DNA of 64,000 nt from Sphagnum compactum (Eukaryota), in NCBI GenBank assembly GCA_965153455.1, contig OZ234493.1:35826213-35890212 (forward strand). The letters are read 5' to 3'. Position 1 is the first letter of the stretch. Each line of letters opens with the position of its first letter. The notes beneath the pieces were generated by a model. That model was not told the DNA's origin, did no database searches, and was given only the letters and a program-made list of their open reading frames with translations. The position numbers were made by a program, and so were the translations under genes. Shown piece after piece: positions 15,501 to 27,305 of this stretch.

Positions 15501-18500
15501 CGGGGAGTTCCAGTGACAAATCCCTTCAAACTGGAGAATTTGTTGACAAGTGAAGTTGAGATCAGCAAGTGGAACAGTGAAGGGCTTCCTTCCAATGATC
15601 TCTCCATTCAAAATGGCATACTCACAACTCGAGGATCTCGCTTTCCTCTTTGTGTTGACCCACAATCGCAGGTTGAAAAAATAAATTCCAAGACTTGCTC
15701 AATTCAATCTTTGACAAGATTCTTCAAGCCCGAATGTTTGTTTCTGATTGACTGAATTGATTCCCAGTTTTTTCATTTGAGAAAAATTTCCATTGTGGGT
15801 GGTTGGTGGGTGAGTGATTCATTTATTCAATTAATTAATCAATCAATCAATCAATCAGGCAATAAATTGGATCAAGAAGAAGGAAGGAAAAATGCTTGAG
15901 GGGCGTATACGGACTTTCAATGACTCAGATTTTCTGAAACAAATGGAGTTAGCGATTCAGTATGGGTTCCCATTCATGTTCGAGAATGTTGATGAATACA
16001 TTGATCCTGTGATTGATCCTATTCTTGAGAAAATTACAACATCTGGAGCAGGTGGCCGAAAAGTGGTGAAGCTAGGAGACAAAGACATTGAGTGGGTAAG
16101 CAAGCAAACTTTCTGATCACAAATCTTTGACACAACCACCAGTTCCATGTATAATGCTAATCATGATCTCAGATTCTTCTTGTTGGTTTGGTTACAGTCA
16201 TGAGAGTTGTGCCCACAAAAATGTCAATGGGGTTTTTCCTTTTTCCAGGATGAGAATTTCCGCTTATACCTGATAAGCAAGCTGCCAAACCCAGAGTATG
16301 GACCTGAGATCTCTGGCAAGACAATCATCATCAATTACTGTGTTACCGAAGTGGGTCTCCAGGCTCAGCTCCTCAATGCAACTGTAAGATCAAGAGATCT
16401 TCAAATTCTTCTCCTTTGATCATTGGATCGGTGTTCTGTCTTTTCTTCTTCTTTTCTCTGTTTGGGATTTCATGAAGTTTGGATCCAACTTCTTTCAACA
16501 ACCCATGCATGCCAACATGATGCAGCTAGCTGGGTGTGTAATGCTATTTGTAGTCTTATGATTTGTGTTTTTTTCGGGAGTGATTTTGATAAATTTTTTT
16601 TGAGGCTGCCATTCTGGCAGGTGGGTCATGAAAGACCAGACCTGGAAGAGTTACGAGAGAATCTTGTGCGAGATACTGGTGAAAACAAGGCCTTGCTCAA
16701 GCAATTAGAGGATACTCTCCTTCGTGTAAGATTGACTTCTTCTGGCAATTTGATTTGGAATTTGTGTATATCCCATCCATCCATCCTTTGCAACTAAGAG
16801 CTTACAGGGAAGGGAAAAACAAAAACAAAAAAGGCACAACCTGGCTGCTGATCTGATGTGATCTTCATCACCGAGTACCTTATCAATTAACATTACAGTC
16901 TTTGGTTGTGAACTGTATGTGAGTCTTACTGCACAACAAAGTTAGTATTTTGCTCATGTATTTTATGTCACCTGATGAGGGGAATTAGACACCCAACCAA
17001 AAATAAATAAAAATTGCTTTCAGGAACTGAGTGCTGCTACAGGAAATATCCTTGACAACCATGAATTGATAGCAACTCTGGAAACTACCAAGGCCAAGGC
17101 AGGAGAAATCACAATAAAACTAGCCATGGCACGCGAGACAGGAATTGAGATTGATACGGTAAATTGTTTGTCTTTTTCAGAACTCTTTCATACCCAGCTA
17201 GCTCCTTAATATCACAACAAGCATTGGAATCCAATGTAGTAAGTACCAGGGTAATTCTTTTTAGGAAGAAATTTTGTTGGTGTCAAAGATTCAAAGTGGG
17301 CAGCTAGCAGCTCAACAAACTATGATGCAAAAAAAATGGATTGAAAATTATCTTTTTTCGATGAAAATTTGGTTCTTTGGGGGTGGTGCATGCCAGTTGA
17401 GGGCACGTTATTTTCCAGCAGCAAAGCGGGGTGCAATTCTCTTCTTTGTATTGGGTTCTTTATCCGCCATCAACAACATGTATGAGTATTCACTGAACTC
17501 CTTTCTTGAGGTTTTCCTGATTGCACTTGCAACAAGTCAACGAGCTGTGACAGTAGATGGTCGGCTGAAGAACATCATCGATGCACTCACTTATGATCTC
17601 TACAGCTACACATGTACTGGGCTGTTTGAAAAACACAAGTTGATGTTGTCCTTCCAAATGACAATACGAATTATCGATGGAGATGGTTTGCTCAACCATG
17701 TCCATTTGGATTTCTTTCTCAAGGGGAATCTCTCTCTTGAAAAAGCAGTGCAACAAAATCCCTTCCCTGAATGGTTCCCTGATCAGGGATGGCAAGATCT
17801 GATCCGGATGATGGAATTGGGTCCCCAATTTACAGCAGTTGGTGTCCACTTTGAGACCCATGAGTCTGAATGGCAAGCCTGGTAGGTACCTACTTGGAAC
17901 CTTTCTTTGTTCATCCACTTACTGTTATGATATTAATCAAATTCTGTACATCTGTTGTTCTTCTGAGATTGATAACAAGCTTCTTTTTTCTTTTCTTTTT
18001 TTCCTTCAAAGATCATCTAAGATTCTTTTACTTACTTGTGGACCTGACCAATGCTCAGCTACTAAAATCGTAATAGGATTGATCAGAGCCCATTTGAATT
18101 CAACTTGGGTGCTGCACCCAATTTCTCTCAAAAACTCAACTTGGGTGGCAGTACCTGATTTCTCTCAAATTCAATTTGGGTGGTACCCACTCAATTTCAA
18201 CTCTCGAAATTTTTGATCTTGTCAAACTTGTGTATGAGATGTCAGGTATGATGAAGAGAGACCTGAAACAGTTCCCATTCCCGGAGGATTTTCAGACAGC
18301 CTCAGTGTATTTGAACAATTGTTGATTCTTCGTTGTTTCCGCATTGACAGAATCACAGTAGCTCTGACGGTACATGCATCTGGCATCTGTATATACATAT
18401 TCATGTATATACATGAATGAATATACATGTATGTATATATGTGTATATATATGGATTTCAAATGAAAAAAAAAAAATTTAAAATTGCATACAATTTCAGT

Positions 18501-21500
18501 ATCTCAATGCATTTGTAGATTTGGAGAACTGATGTTAGTGTCTTAGCTGATCATATCGGTGTTGTTTTTTTTTCTTTTTTAAATTGCAGAGGTACGTGAT
18601 GGAAAAGATGGGGGAGAAGTATGTTACACCACCTGTGTTGGACTATAGAGTTATCCATCGACAAAGCTCATCAACTACACCGATCGTATTCATCCTTAGT
18701 CCTGGAGCAGATCCGGCATTTGATGTGTTTAAATTAGGGGAAGATATGGGATTCAAACCAGGAGCAAAACTGAAGTACATGGCATTGGGTCAAGGAATGG
18801 GTCCAAAAGCTGCTGAACAATTGGAGCAAGGAACTACTCGAGGTCTATGGGTTATGCTACAAAATTGCCACTTGCTTCCTTCTTGGCTAAAAACATTGGA
18901 AAAATTCCTAGAGAAACTTGTGAAACCGCATGTCGATTTTCGCTTGTGGTTGACGACAGAACCAACTTCAGCCTTCCCATTGGGAATTCTGCAACGCAGC
19001 TTGAAAGTGGTGACTGAGCCACCTAATGGGCTGAAGCTTAATTTAAGATCATCATATGCCAAGATTACTGAAGAAAATCTTGCAGATTGCCCTCATCCTG
19101 CATACCGCCCCCAGGTAAACTTTTTTAAGAAATCTCTTGGTGCCCATGAATGGTTTAGGGTTTAGATGACAGGGTTTAGGGTGATGATATGCCCAACCCA
19201 AAGGGCATAAATAAAACTGCTGTCAGAGGCTTGAAGCACAGAAATCTAGAAGTTGAACAGGGTGGGGGATCTGAATGGATGATGGGTAGGTCTTTGTGGT
19301 TGCTTTTTTCCATGCTGTTGTGCAAGAGCGACGTAAGTATGGAAGACTTGGGTGGAATGTTGCATATGACTTCAATGAGACAGATCTCCGTATCAGGTAT
19401 TTTATCCACTTTGTATTCTCAATATATTAAGAGCTCACTAGTATGTAGTACTACCCTACTGCCAAATGTTGCTCATGATTTGAGTGTCGGCACCATCCTT
19501 GCAATATGTGAAAAGCTTGTTCTTGTCAGTTTTCCTTTTTTTTGGGTAGTGAATTTTTGCATCCAAGTGAATTTTGTACATCAAACTGTTGCAAATTCCC
19601 TGGTTTTCCAAGATTTTCAGAAGGAAAAAGAAATTTAAATCCAGGAAAATTTCACCACATTTTTGACTCTGAGTGTTTCTTTAGTGTTGATAGTTGGGGC
19701 AGTTTTTTGCCAATATTTCTACTGTTTGGACAGTTTTCAAATTGTTGTTACCATTTTATGCTAAATCTTTCTTGGGACGATCACTAATGATGCTACATGA
19801 GAAACCTAGAAAAATTGGTTGTTGTTGTTGCACATTTGCACTCTCAGATGCTCAATTATGTATCAATTGTGAATATATAGATATATGTCCTTCTAGCTGA
19901 TCTCATGATACGGTTGTTGCATGTACATACATACGTATGTACGTATGTAATGCAGCCTGGCATTGATTTCAACATACTTGAAAAAAGCTTATGACAACAA
20001 GGATGACCAAATACCATGGGGTACATTGCGTTATCTCATCGGAGAAGCCATGTATGGAGGTCGAGTTTCGGATTCATTTGACCGTCGAATCTTAACCACA
20101 TACCTGGAGGAATATCTAGGCAACTTCTTGTTTGACAAGTTTCATCCTTTCATGTTCTACTCATCACCAGATGAATCTGTCATCTACAAGCTTCCAGACA
20201 CAGGACCGAGAAACAATTACACAGAGTACATAGCCTCCATGCCTATTATGCAATCACCCGAGGTTTTCGGACTACACCCAAATGCAGATATCAGCTACTA
20301 TTCCACCAGTACCAAGAATCTGTGGAGGGATCTCGTGAACCTCCAACCACGCACTGCAGGTGGAGAAGGGGGTGTTCGGAGAGAAGACGTCGTGGATAAA
20401 GTTGCTACTGATCTTTTGAGCAAAATCCCTGCACCATTTGACTTGCCAGTGCTCACGAAATCAATCGGGATACCGACTCCTGTACAAGTAATAAACCCTA
20501 AACCCTAAAACTCTTTTTAAATGAAGTCCTTAAGGATTGCATTTTTTGTGTTGTTGTGATTTTTTTTGTTAAATTGATTTTGCGCATCATAGAATTTTGA
20601 TGAACTATATAGATGATCTATTTTGTGTGCTAGATTTTTTCATCAGAGTTAAATGCATATATATCATGTGGTTACGTACATCTATTTCAAGTTTTTGCTA
20701 TGTGCCCATCATGCACTGATCAAGAACTTTTTTGTGGGTGGGTAATTTTGTTTTCTCAAATTGTTTATAAACTTTTGTCTTCAAAGCAATAAACAAATTA
20801 CCTTATTTTGAACTGATGTCCTTTTTGTACAAAATGTAAGTGACTCTCCCTTGTCGTTATCCGATGTGGTAAGAGGTGGGACATGGGGTTGGGTTCTGGT
20901 GTTAGGTGGTGTTGCTTCAAGAGGTAGAGAGGTGGAACAGATTGGTGGTGCGAATGAAAGACAGTCTATTCCAGCTTAGGAGGGCACTTGCTGGTAAGCA
21001 ATTAGCTTTAAGTATGGCATAGCTTTTGGACATATAACACAAGCTTTGGTACAAGCCAAAAAATCAGTCTTGTCCAGAGCCAATACCAGGACTGAGCTGG
21101 TAACGATAGTTTTTGAATTGTACCCAATACCAAGATCAGACTGATACTGTAGTACCATGGCAACTTTCACACTGATTCTATACCCTTAAGAAATGTTGAA
21201 ATTTTCAACAAAATTACTGTTTTTTCAAGGAAAAAAAAATTGTGAAGGAAATAGAGAATCGTTTAGTTTTAGAAGTACCCAATACCAAGACCAGGCTGGT
21301 ATGTTCAAAAGTTGATACCAGACCAACAGTACTGTTTATGACCCCAAGTGATTGTGTATGTGAGTTGATGTCTTTGACTGCCAAATGCGGTGAAAAAAGA
21401 TGATGATGATATGCAAAATTTGAAGCATTGTGAACGGCTCAAATTGGGTTAGTAGCTTTGTTGTTTCAGCAAGTTTTGGGTGCAATTCCAAAGCAACCAA

Positions 21501-22550
21501 ACTAGCAGCCAGGACTCTAAGAGGAACTGGATTTGAAAGTAAGACTTGTTCATGTTGGTGATATGATCATACTGCAGGTGAGATAGGTATGAGCAAAGAT
21601 CTTGATGACCTTTCAACAGCTCTTTTCAATGGAGAGCTTCCTGCAATGTGGCGTAAAATGACATCTCAAGTCTCTTCCTTCTACCCACCACACCCTCTGC
21701 CCCCCAAAACCCATTTTTGTACACCATGAAATCTTTTCTGGGGATGTGTAGTTCTTCTTGTAGCAACAAGGCAAAACAACAAAAATTGATATAAATTAGC
21801 ACACTTCAATTTGTTAATAGTATATTTCAAATTCTTTGTAAACTTATTTACTGTTAAAAGATTTATAGAAATCCTAGAGCAGAATGTTTGTAGTTAAAAT
21901 AGCTTTTTAGTAATAACAGATTTTTTTTCTTTTTTCTTCTTTTTTTGGTGGACTTGTTACAGACTGAGAAGATGTTATCAACTTGGATGATCTGGTTCCT
22001 GCGACGCTATGCACAGTATATCGATTGGGCTGAGAATGGAGAGCCCAAAGTAATGTGGCTATCCGGCCTTCACATTCCAGAAACCTACATTGCAGCTCTT
22101 GTTCAGACAGCTTGCCGAGATCGGGGTTGGCCGCTTGACAGATCCACCACTTACACACAGGTGTGAATTTTAACAATATTTTTTGTTATTTAGCTTCCTT
22201 TGCCACCCATCATCTATAGATGTATATATAACTGGAAAATCAATGTTCAATGAATTAAAAATTTCATATAGAAAAAAAATTCACATTCAAATGATGTGAA
22301 ATTGTTGCATCTTGAGAACTTCATAGAATTTGAAAGTTGTGAGAGAGAGAGATGGGCATTTGCAATGTGAGTTTGGAAAAGGAGCAATGTTGGGCGGGGG
22401 TTGTGGGGATGTGCTTACAGGTGACTAAATACACACAAGCGTCAGAGATTGAAGAAAAACCAAGGGATGGATGCTATATCACAGGGCTGTACTTAGAGGG
22501 TGCTTCCTGGGATGAGAAAATCTCAATGCTCAGAGTTCAGGTACAAAGGC

Positions 22551-22588
<38 letters not shown>

Positions 22589-22955
22589 CAAACACACAAA
22601 AATATTTCCAAAGTAATATTTTTTCTTCTTCGTCTTCTTCTTCTTCTTCTTCTTCTTCCCAACACAACAATTGAGTTCAAGTTTGAGAGATAAATCGTTG
22701 GCTTCTTTTTTTCTCTTTGAATATTACTAGGATCCAAAGATACTTGTCGTGGAGCTCCCAATATTGCAAATCATTCCAATCGAGGCGAGCAAACTGAAAT
22801 TGACCAACACATTCCGCACACCTGTGTATGTGACGCAAGCACGGCGCAATGCCATGGGTGTGGGACTTATATTTGAGGCGGATATTGCCACTACTATCCA
22901 CCCTTCCCATTGGGTGCTCCAAGGTGTTGCTATTTGCCTCACTATCGACCACTAA
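143..22955 (+). CDS. DNAH10: Axonemal dynein heavy chain, inner-arm I1/f alpha type (DNAH10 / Chlamydomonas DHC1-like); 5' part lies upstream of the window
   Basis: 51 GT-AG exons joined in frame by hand: 143-343, 663-745, 1016-1111, 1482-1680, 1971-2066, 2354-2590, 2926-3068, 3249-3537, 3767-3996, 4176-4542, 4821-4985, 5201-5346, 5489-5726, 5926-6045, 6272-6477, 6626-6950, 7098-7329, 7557-7647, 7844-7983, 8118-8236, 8532-8736, 9009-9251, 9549-9635, 9835-10014, 10136-10278, 10487-10691, 10950-11201, 11474-11743, 11931-12236, 12557-12712, 12850-13191, 13313-13386, 13590-13815, 14062-14193, 14363-14578, 14780-15015, 15428-15671, 15859-16095, 16249-16383, 16621-16725, 17024-17158, 17397-17881, 18246-18369, 18590-19114, 19290-19396, 19956-20487, 20906-20993, 21578-21669, 21963-22160, 22421-22540, 22731-22955 (TAA). 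Dynein hallmarks: [31 protein letters not shown], four P-loops, [23 protein letters not shown], stalk coiled coils, [21 protein letters not shown]. The C-terminus [19 protein letters not shown] and the P2/P3 loop sequences resemble the DNAH10 class as I recall it (subtype less certain than family). Confidence 0.95.
5625..5648 (+). other. Dynein AAA1 Walker A (GPAGTGKT)
   Basis: Direct translation; canonical catalytic P-loop. Walker B CFDEFNR follows in the next exon. Confidence 0.95.
7197..7220 (+). other. Dynein AAA2 Walker A (GPTGGGKS)
   Basis: Direct translation within [15 protein letters not shown]. Confidence 0.9.
9859..9882 (+). other. Dynein AAA3 Walker A (GESGTAKT)
   Basis: Direct translation within [12 protein letters not shown]. 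Confidence 0.9.
11949..11972 (+). other. Dynein AAA4 Walker A (GVGGSGKK)
   Basis: Direct translation within [16 protein letters not shown]. Confidence 0.9.
21052..21330 (+). repeat. Dispersed non-coding repeat in a dynein intron (related copies at ~10027-10083 and ~41110-41392)
   Basis: Shared blocks AAAATC(A/G)GTCTTG..CCAATAC(C/T)AGGA in all three copies, and GTACCCAATA..GACCAG..AAAGTT(G/A)ATACCAGACC at ~21276 and ~41341. Confidence 0.65.
22553..22660 (+). repeat. (CA)n and (CTT)n microsatellites in the last dynein intron
   Basis: Seen directly. Other simple repeats: (TA)n ~6546-6585, (CT)n ~30744-30773, ~35016-35050 and ~47080-47108, (AAT)n ~31525-31660. Confidence 0.9.
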
Positions 22956-25599
22956 ACATGAATCATACCCATAGTATATATACTATAACTTGTTCTAACT
23001 CCCAATTGCTTGCGGCACCGAATCTAATATGCTAGATCACTAAACAATTTCCTACAAGATTATGTAATCATGGAGACGGATTAGGGTTTAGGGTTTAGGA
23101 GATTTTTTAAGTTGTTGAAGAAGAAGAAGAAGAAGAAGAAGGAAAACAAAACACATGCAAACAAAATCTCTTCTTTCATGTGTTGTTGTTTCAGCTTTTG
23201 TGTATGGGAGAGTGAAAACTTATATAACATTATTGTTGTTGGATGGGCAAAAACCCCATCTCAAAAACCCCAATTGGGATGGGAATTGGGTTTTGTAAAC
23301 CTGCAAAAGTTTTGTGGCTATAAAATACTAAAAATGATGAGGAAAAAGAAATGGATAATAATAACAATAATAATTAATAAATAAATAAATAAACACTACA
23401 CTAACAAAGAAAAAGGAATAGAAAGGAAATGACAAATGTATAAAATACACTACAACAGGGGTTGTTTGTTTTTTTTTTTTTTTTTTTTTTTTTTTCTTTC
23501 TTCTCAATATTGTGAAGGAGCAAAATTGGCAGCAATGAGTCATCCACAAGAAGATTTAGCCAAATTTGGCTATCGACCATATATGGAAGTAAAAACTATT
23601 TAAGAACCATTTTATTATATTTTGGCTACCTTGTTGGAACCTGTTGTAGAAATCTGATGATTTTTCTTTTTAAATTTTAAAATTCTGGATATATCTGAAA
23701 AAAAAATTAGTGGCATTGTTGTTTTTTTTTTTCCCCCAAAAAAAATCCTCAAAAATTCTCCAAATCATATTTTTTCATGTCAAAAAAAAAAGAAAAAAGC
23801 CCTACTTTAACAATGTACAAATATTGTACCTATGACAATATTAAATGTTTGGCTAAAAATAATTCACCAAAGGTCTAGCCGGAAAAAAAGAAAAAATAAA
23901 TAAAATTATTGATAGTTGTCGAAATTGTTGAACCTCCTTTCTAAATATATTATTTATTTATTTATTTTTAATTTTTTTTTTAAATTTATAAAAAATTTTG
24001 GAAAAGAAGAGCCTATCATAGGTATGGTATTCATGCTAAAAAAAATAAATAATATATTTTACATATCCAATGGCAAGGGATATTGTGTTTGGATTCATTA
24101 TAGAGTATAGTAGCTTAAGGGATCTTTATAGGCCCCCTACTAGGTAATAATAATTTATAATAATAGGTCTATTTTTATTTTTTTTACATGAGGATTTTTG
24201 AAAGACGATATATTTTGGCTTCTTGTGTTGAAACTTGAGATTAGTTATTTTATAGAGTTATGATATTTTCTTCAAGGATTTTGGTTTCATTTAGAGGATT
24301 ATATTTTTTTTTGAAGATTATAATTTTTAAAAATATATAATCCTCTAAATTTGAATAATCATGAAATATTTGAATATAATTTATTTGAAATATTTGAATT
24401 TTCTTAATTCTTCTTTTGCCGTAAGACACATTTTTAAATGTAAATGGCAAAGGCACGGTGTGACACACCCCCTTGTTGTAAATTTGACATTAGCGTCATA
24501 TTATTTAATGTGCCATTAAAATTACATTCGATTCTCAAGGCGCACTATTGTCCGGGGAAAAACAAAAATCACATTCGTTAAAAAAAAAAAAAAAAATTAG
24601 GTTAAAGCGGACAAAAATTGGACCCTCACCACAATTTCTTCGCATGTCAACCCTAATAAAATAAGCCGAGGAGGAAATTGTTTTGGTGTTAAAAAGGGTG
24701 GGCATACTCGCTCTAAAGCCGCAAAATCTACCCATCGCCGCAACTCGGGGGGGTTTTTTCGTTTCTCAGGTAGGGCTATTTCATTGTACGGAGGGATCTT
24801 TTGTTTGTAGGCAAGTTCGGGTCCTCACATTTTTTTTTTAAATTTATTTATTTCTTTTCTTTTGATTTAGTGCCATTTATTGCATGTGGCTTTTACGTGG
24901 GGTAACGCCCTTGGATGAGAGAAATTAATTACCGGAATCATTGGGGGGCCATGCTCAACTAGTTAGTATCACCTTACACAAGCCGTCGTATCCTATCGGT
25001 AACGCCCTCATCCTCGGGCGAGTTACCATACTATATTCACATCTCGGAGCCATATTTTATTGTAATCAAAAAGTATTGGCTGACAACAAAGAAAGAAATT
25101 ATCGGTAACGTAACGGCACAAGTACCCAAAAGTCGCATATATATTGAGTAAATTAGACTTTTCAAAACAAAACTTAACACTCATTTTTCCCTTAAAAACA
25201 AAGCGCGAGAGAATTTAAAACACTCAACCCAAGTTTCGACATGATTTTTTTAAATTTTTTAAAAAATAATTATGAATTTATCTTGAATTTGATAGGGGTA
25301 CCGGGTACTAACTAGTAGGGTCCTCTTATCCTCGAAAGACAACCTTTAATATCGTCAAACCAAGAATCGTAAACGAAGGTGATCGATCGATCATAAATCA
25401 TGGAATGGACTAGATTTGAAAGTATTTTTAAATGGGTTGAAGTATAATTTTAAACCATGGTTTAAATTAACTTTAATCGAACATGTATTTATGAGGGTTT
25501 TTTGAATGCACCAACCTTAAACCCATTTTGGGCACCACTTTGAACCTTTTGTTTCTTGTCTCTCATGTCCAATTCCAATCCATTAAATGTAAAGTGAGT

Positions 25600-26170
25600 T
25601 GAAGTGGGCTCTCGATTTTCTTTTTCGTTTTGCATGTCATTAAAAAAAAAATCATTTATAACTCAATCCCATACATTTGTTGTAGTCAAAAGGGCTCTCT
25701 CAAATTCTTTTCATTTTGCATGTCTTCAAAAAAACCATCGTTTATAACTCAATCCCATACATTTGTTGTAGTCAAAAGGGCTCTCTCAAATTCTTTTCAT
25801 TTTGCATGTCTTCAAAGAAACCATCATTTATAACTCAATCCCATAAATTTGTTGTAGTCAAAAGGGCTCTCTCAAAAAAATTTCATTTTGCATGTCTTCA
25901 AAAAAACCATCATTTATAACTCAATCCCAGAAATTTGTTGTAGTCAAAAGGGCTCTCAATTTCTTTTCGTTTTGCATGTCATCATCAAAAAAAAAATTGT
26001 TTATAACTCACTCCCATAAAATGTGTTGTAATCAAAAGGGCTCTCAAATTCTTTGCATTTTGCATGTCATCATCAAAAAACAAAATTGTTAATAACTCAA
26101 TCCCATAAATTTGTTGTATTCAAAAGTATTTCGCAAACAACTAAAACTCCTCTTCAACTTTTGCATGTCA
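25600..26170 (+). repeat. Tandem minisatellite, ~86-bp unit, about 6.5 copies
   Basis: TGCATGTC recurs at 25631, 25717, 25803, 25889, 25973, 26061 and 26162. The unit continues AAAAAACCATCATTTATAACTCAATCCCATA..TTTGTTGTAGTCAAAAGGGCTCTCTCAAATTC. Confidence 0.92.
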
Positions 26171-26324
26171 ACTTAAAACACTTGCAACTCAACAAAACAC
26201 ACATACACACACCACCACAACAACAACAACAACAATCACTTCCATCTCTTACGCACAAACCCTAACCCTCCTTTTGGGACTCTCAAATTGGTGGCCAGCA
26301 AGTAATAGTACATTACTACCTTAA

Positions 26325-26355
<31 letters not shown>

Positions 26356-27117
26356 CCCCTTTTTCTTCCACAGATGGACCCATTATCAATGGCATCATAT
26401 CTCTTCATACTTCAATGCATTGTGAAGGCCACAAAAATTATTATTCCATTTGCATAAACAAACAAACAAACACTTAAGTTACTTTACAAACACCTCGAAA
26501 GACCCAAATAGCTCAAATATCTCCCCCCCACTCACTGATTCTGGGTTTTAAATTGTTTATTTATTTATAAATAATTTTGTTGCTTTCTTTTTACTATGAG
26601 CATATTGCCTTGGTCTCCGAGCCCAATTGCTTTGCTTGCTTGCTTGTTGGGTGCTTTGGTTTGCAATGGATTTGCTACTAGTACTACCACTTCTTCCATC
26701 AGCCATGCAGAGGCTCGAACATAAAGAGATTCAACATCTTTGATCTACAAACAAACAGCAAGCTTACACGCGCTGTGTGCATGCTCGCACATGCCTGCGA
26801 ATGAGGGTGAGTGAGAAAATTGTACTATCTTTGTTGTTGCTTTGCTTTTGTTTCTTCTTGATCATCTTTTCAAGAATCTGTTTATGTTTGATCTCCTCGG
26901 GAGAGGGACGGTTCTGCATCTGCAAAAAGTCTTTTTTTTTTTCTTTTTTTTTTTTTTTTAAGTAGTCAAAATTTCTTAACTTGGGTTCTGCACTGTTGTG
27001 CACTAATAGTGATGATTTGAACAATTGATGAAAACAACAAATTGATTTTTGTGTGAAAATTTTAAGTTCCATTTGAATGAAAATATTGAATGACATTTTT
27101 TGCATGCACTTTGACTT

Positions 27118-27305
27118 GACTTGAATTGAAATTCATTCAATTCAATCAATTCAGGTCTAACTGAATTGGAATTCAAATTCAATCGTTGAATTGAATTGAA
27201 TTGAAATACTTTGATTGGAATTTGAATGAAATTCTATTGAATTCCAGTTCAAACTAAATTCAATTCAAACAATTGGATTACGATTCAAATTGAAATGCAA
27301 ATTGG
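27118..27305. repeat. Degenerate (TTGAA)/(TTCAA) pentamer low-complexity tract
   Basis: Alternating runs of TTGAA and its reverse complement seen directly. Confidence 0.7.

Noticed and set aside
25630-26265. Series of similar short ORFs
   Set aside because: Translations of the 86-bp minisatellite in shifting frames.
26912-26923. TCTGCATCTGCA, resembling the 5' part of moss miR1030 as I recall it
   Set aside because: Only 12 nt match, the following sequence diverges and no complementary arm is visible.
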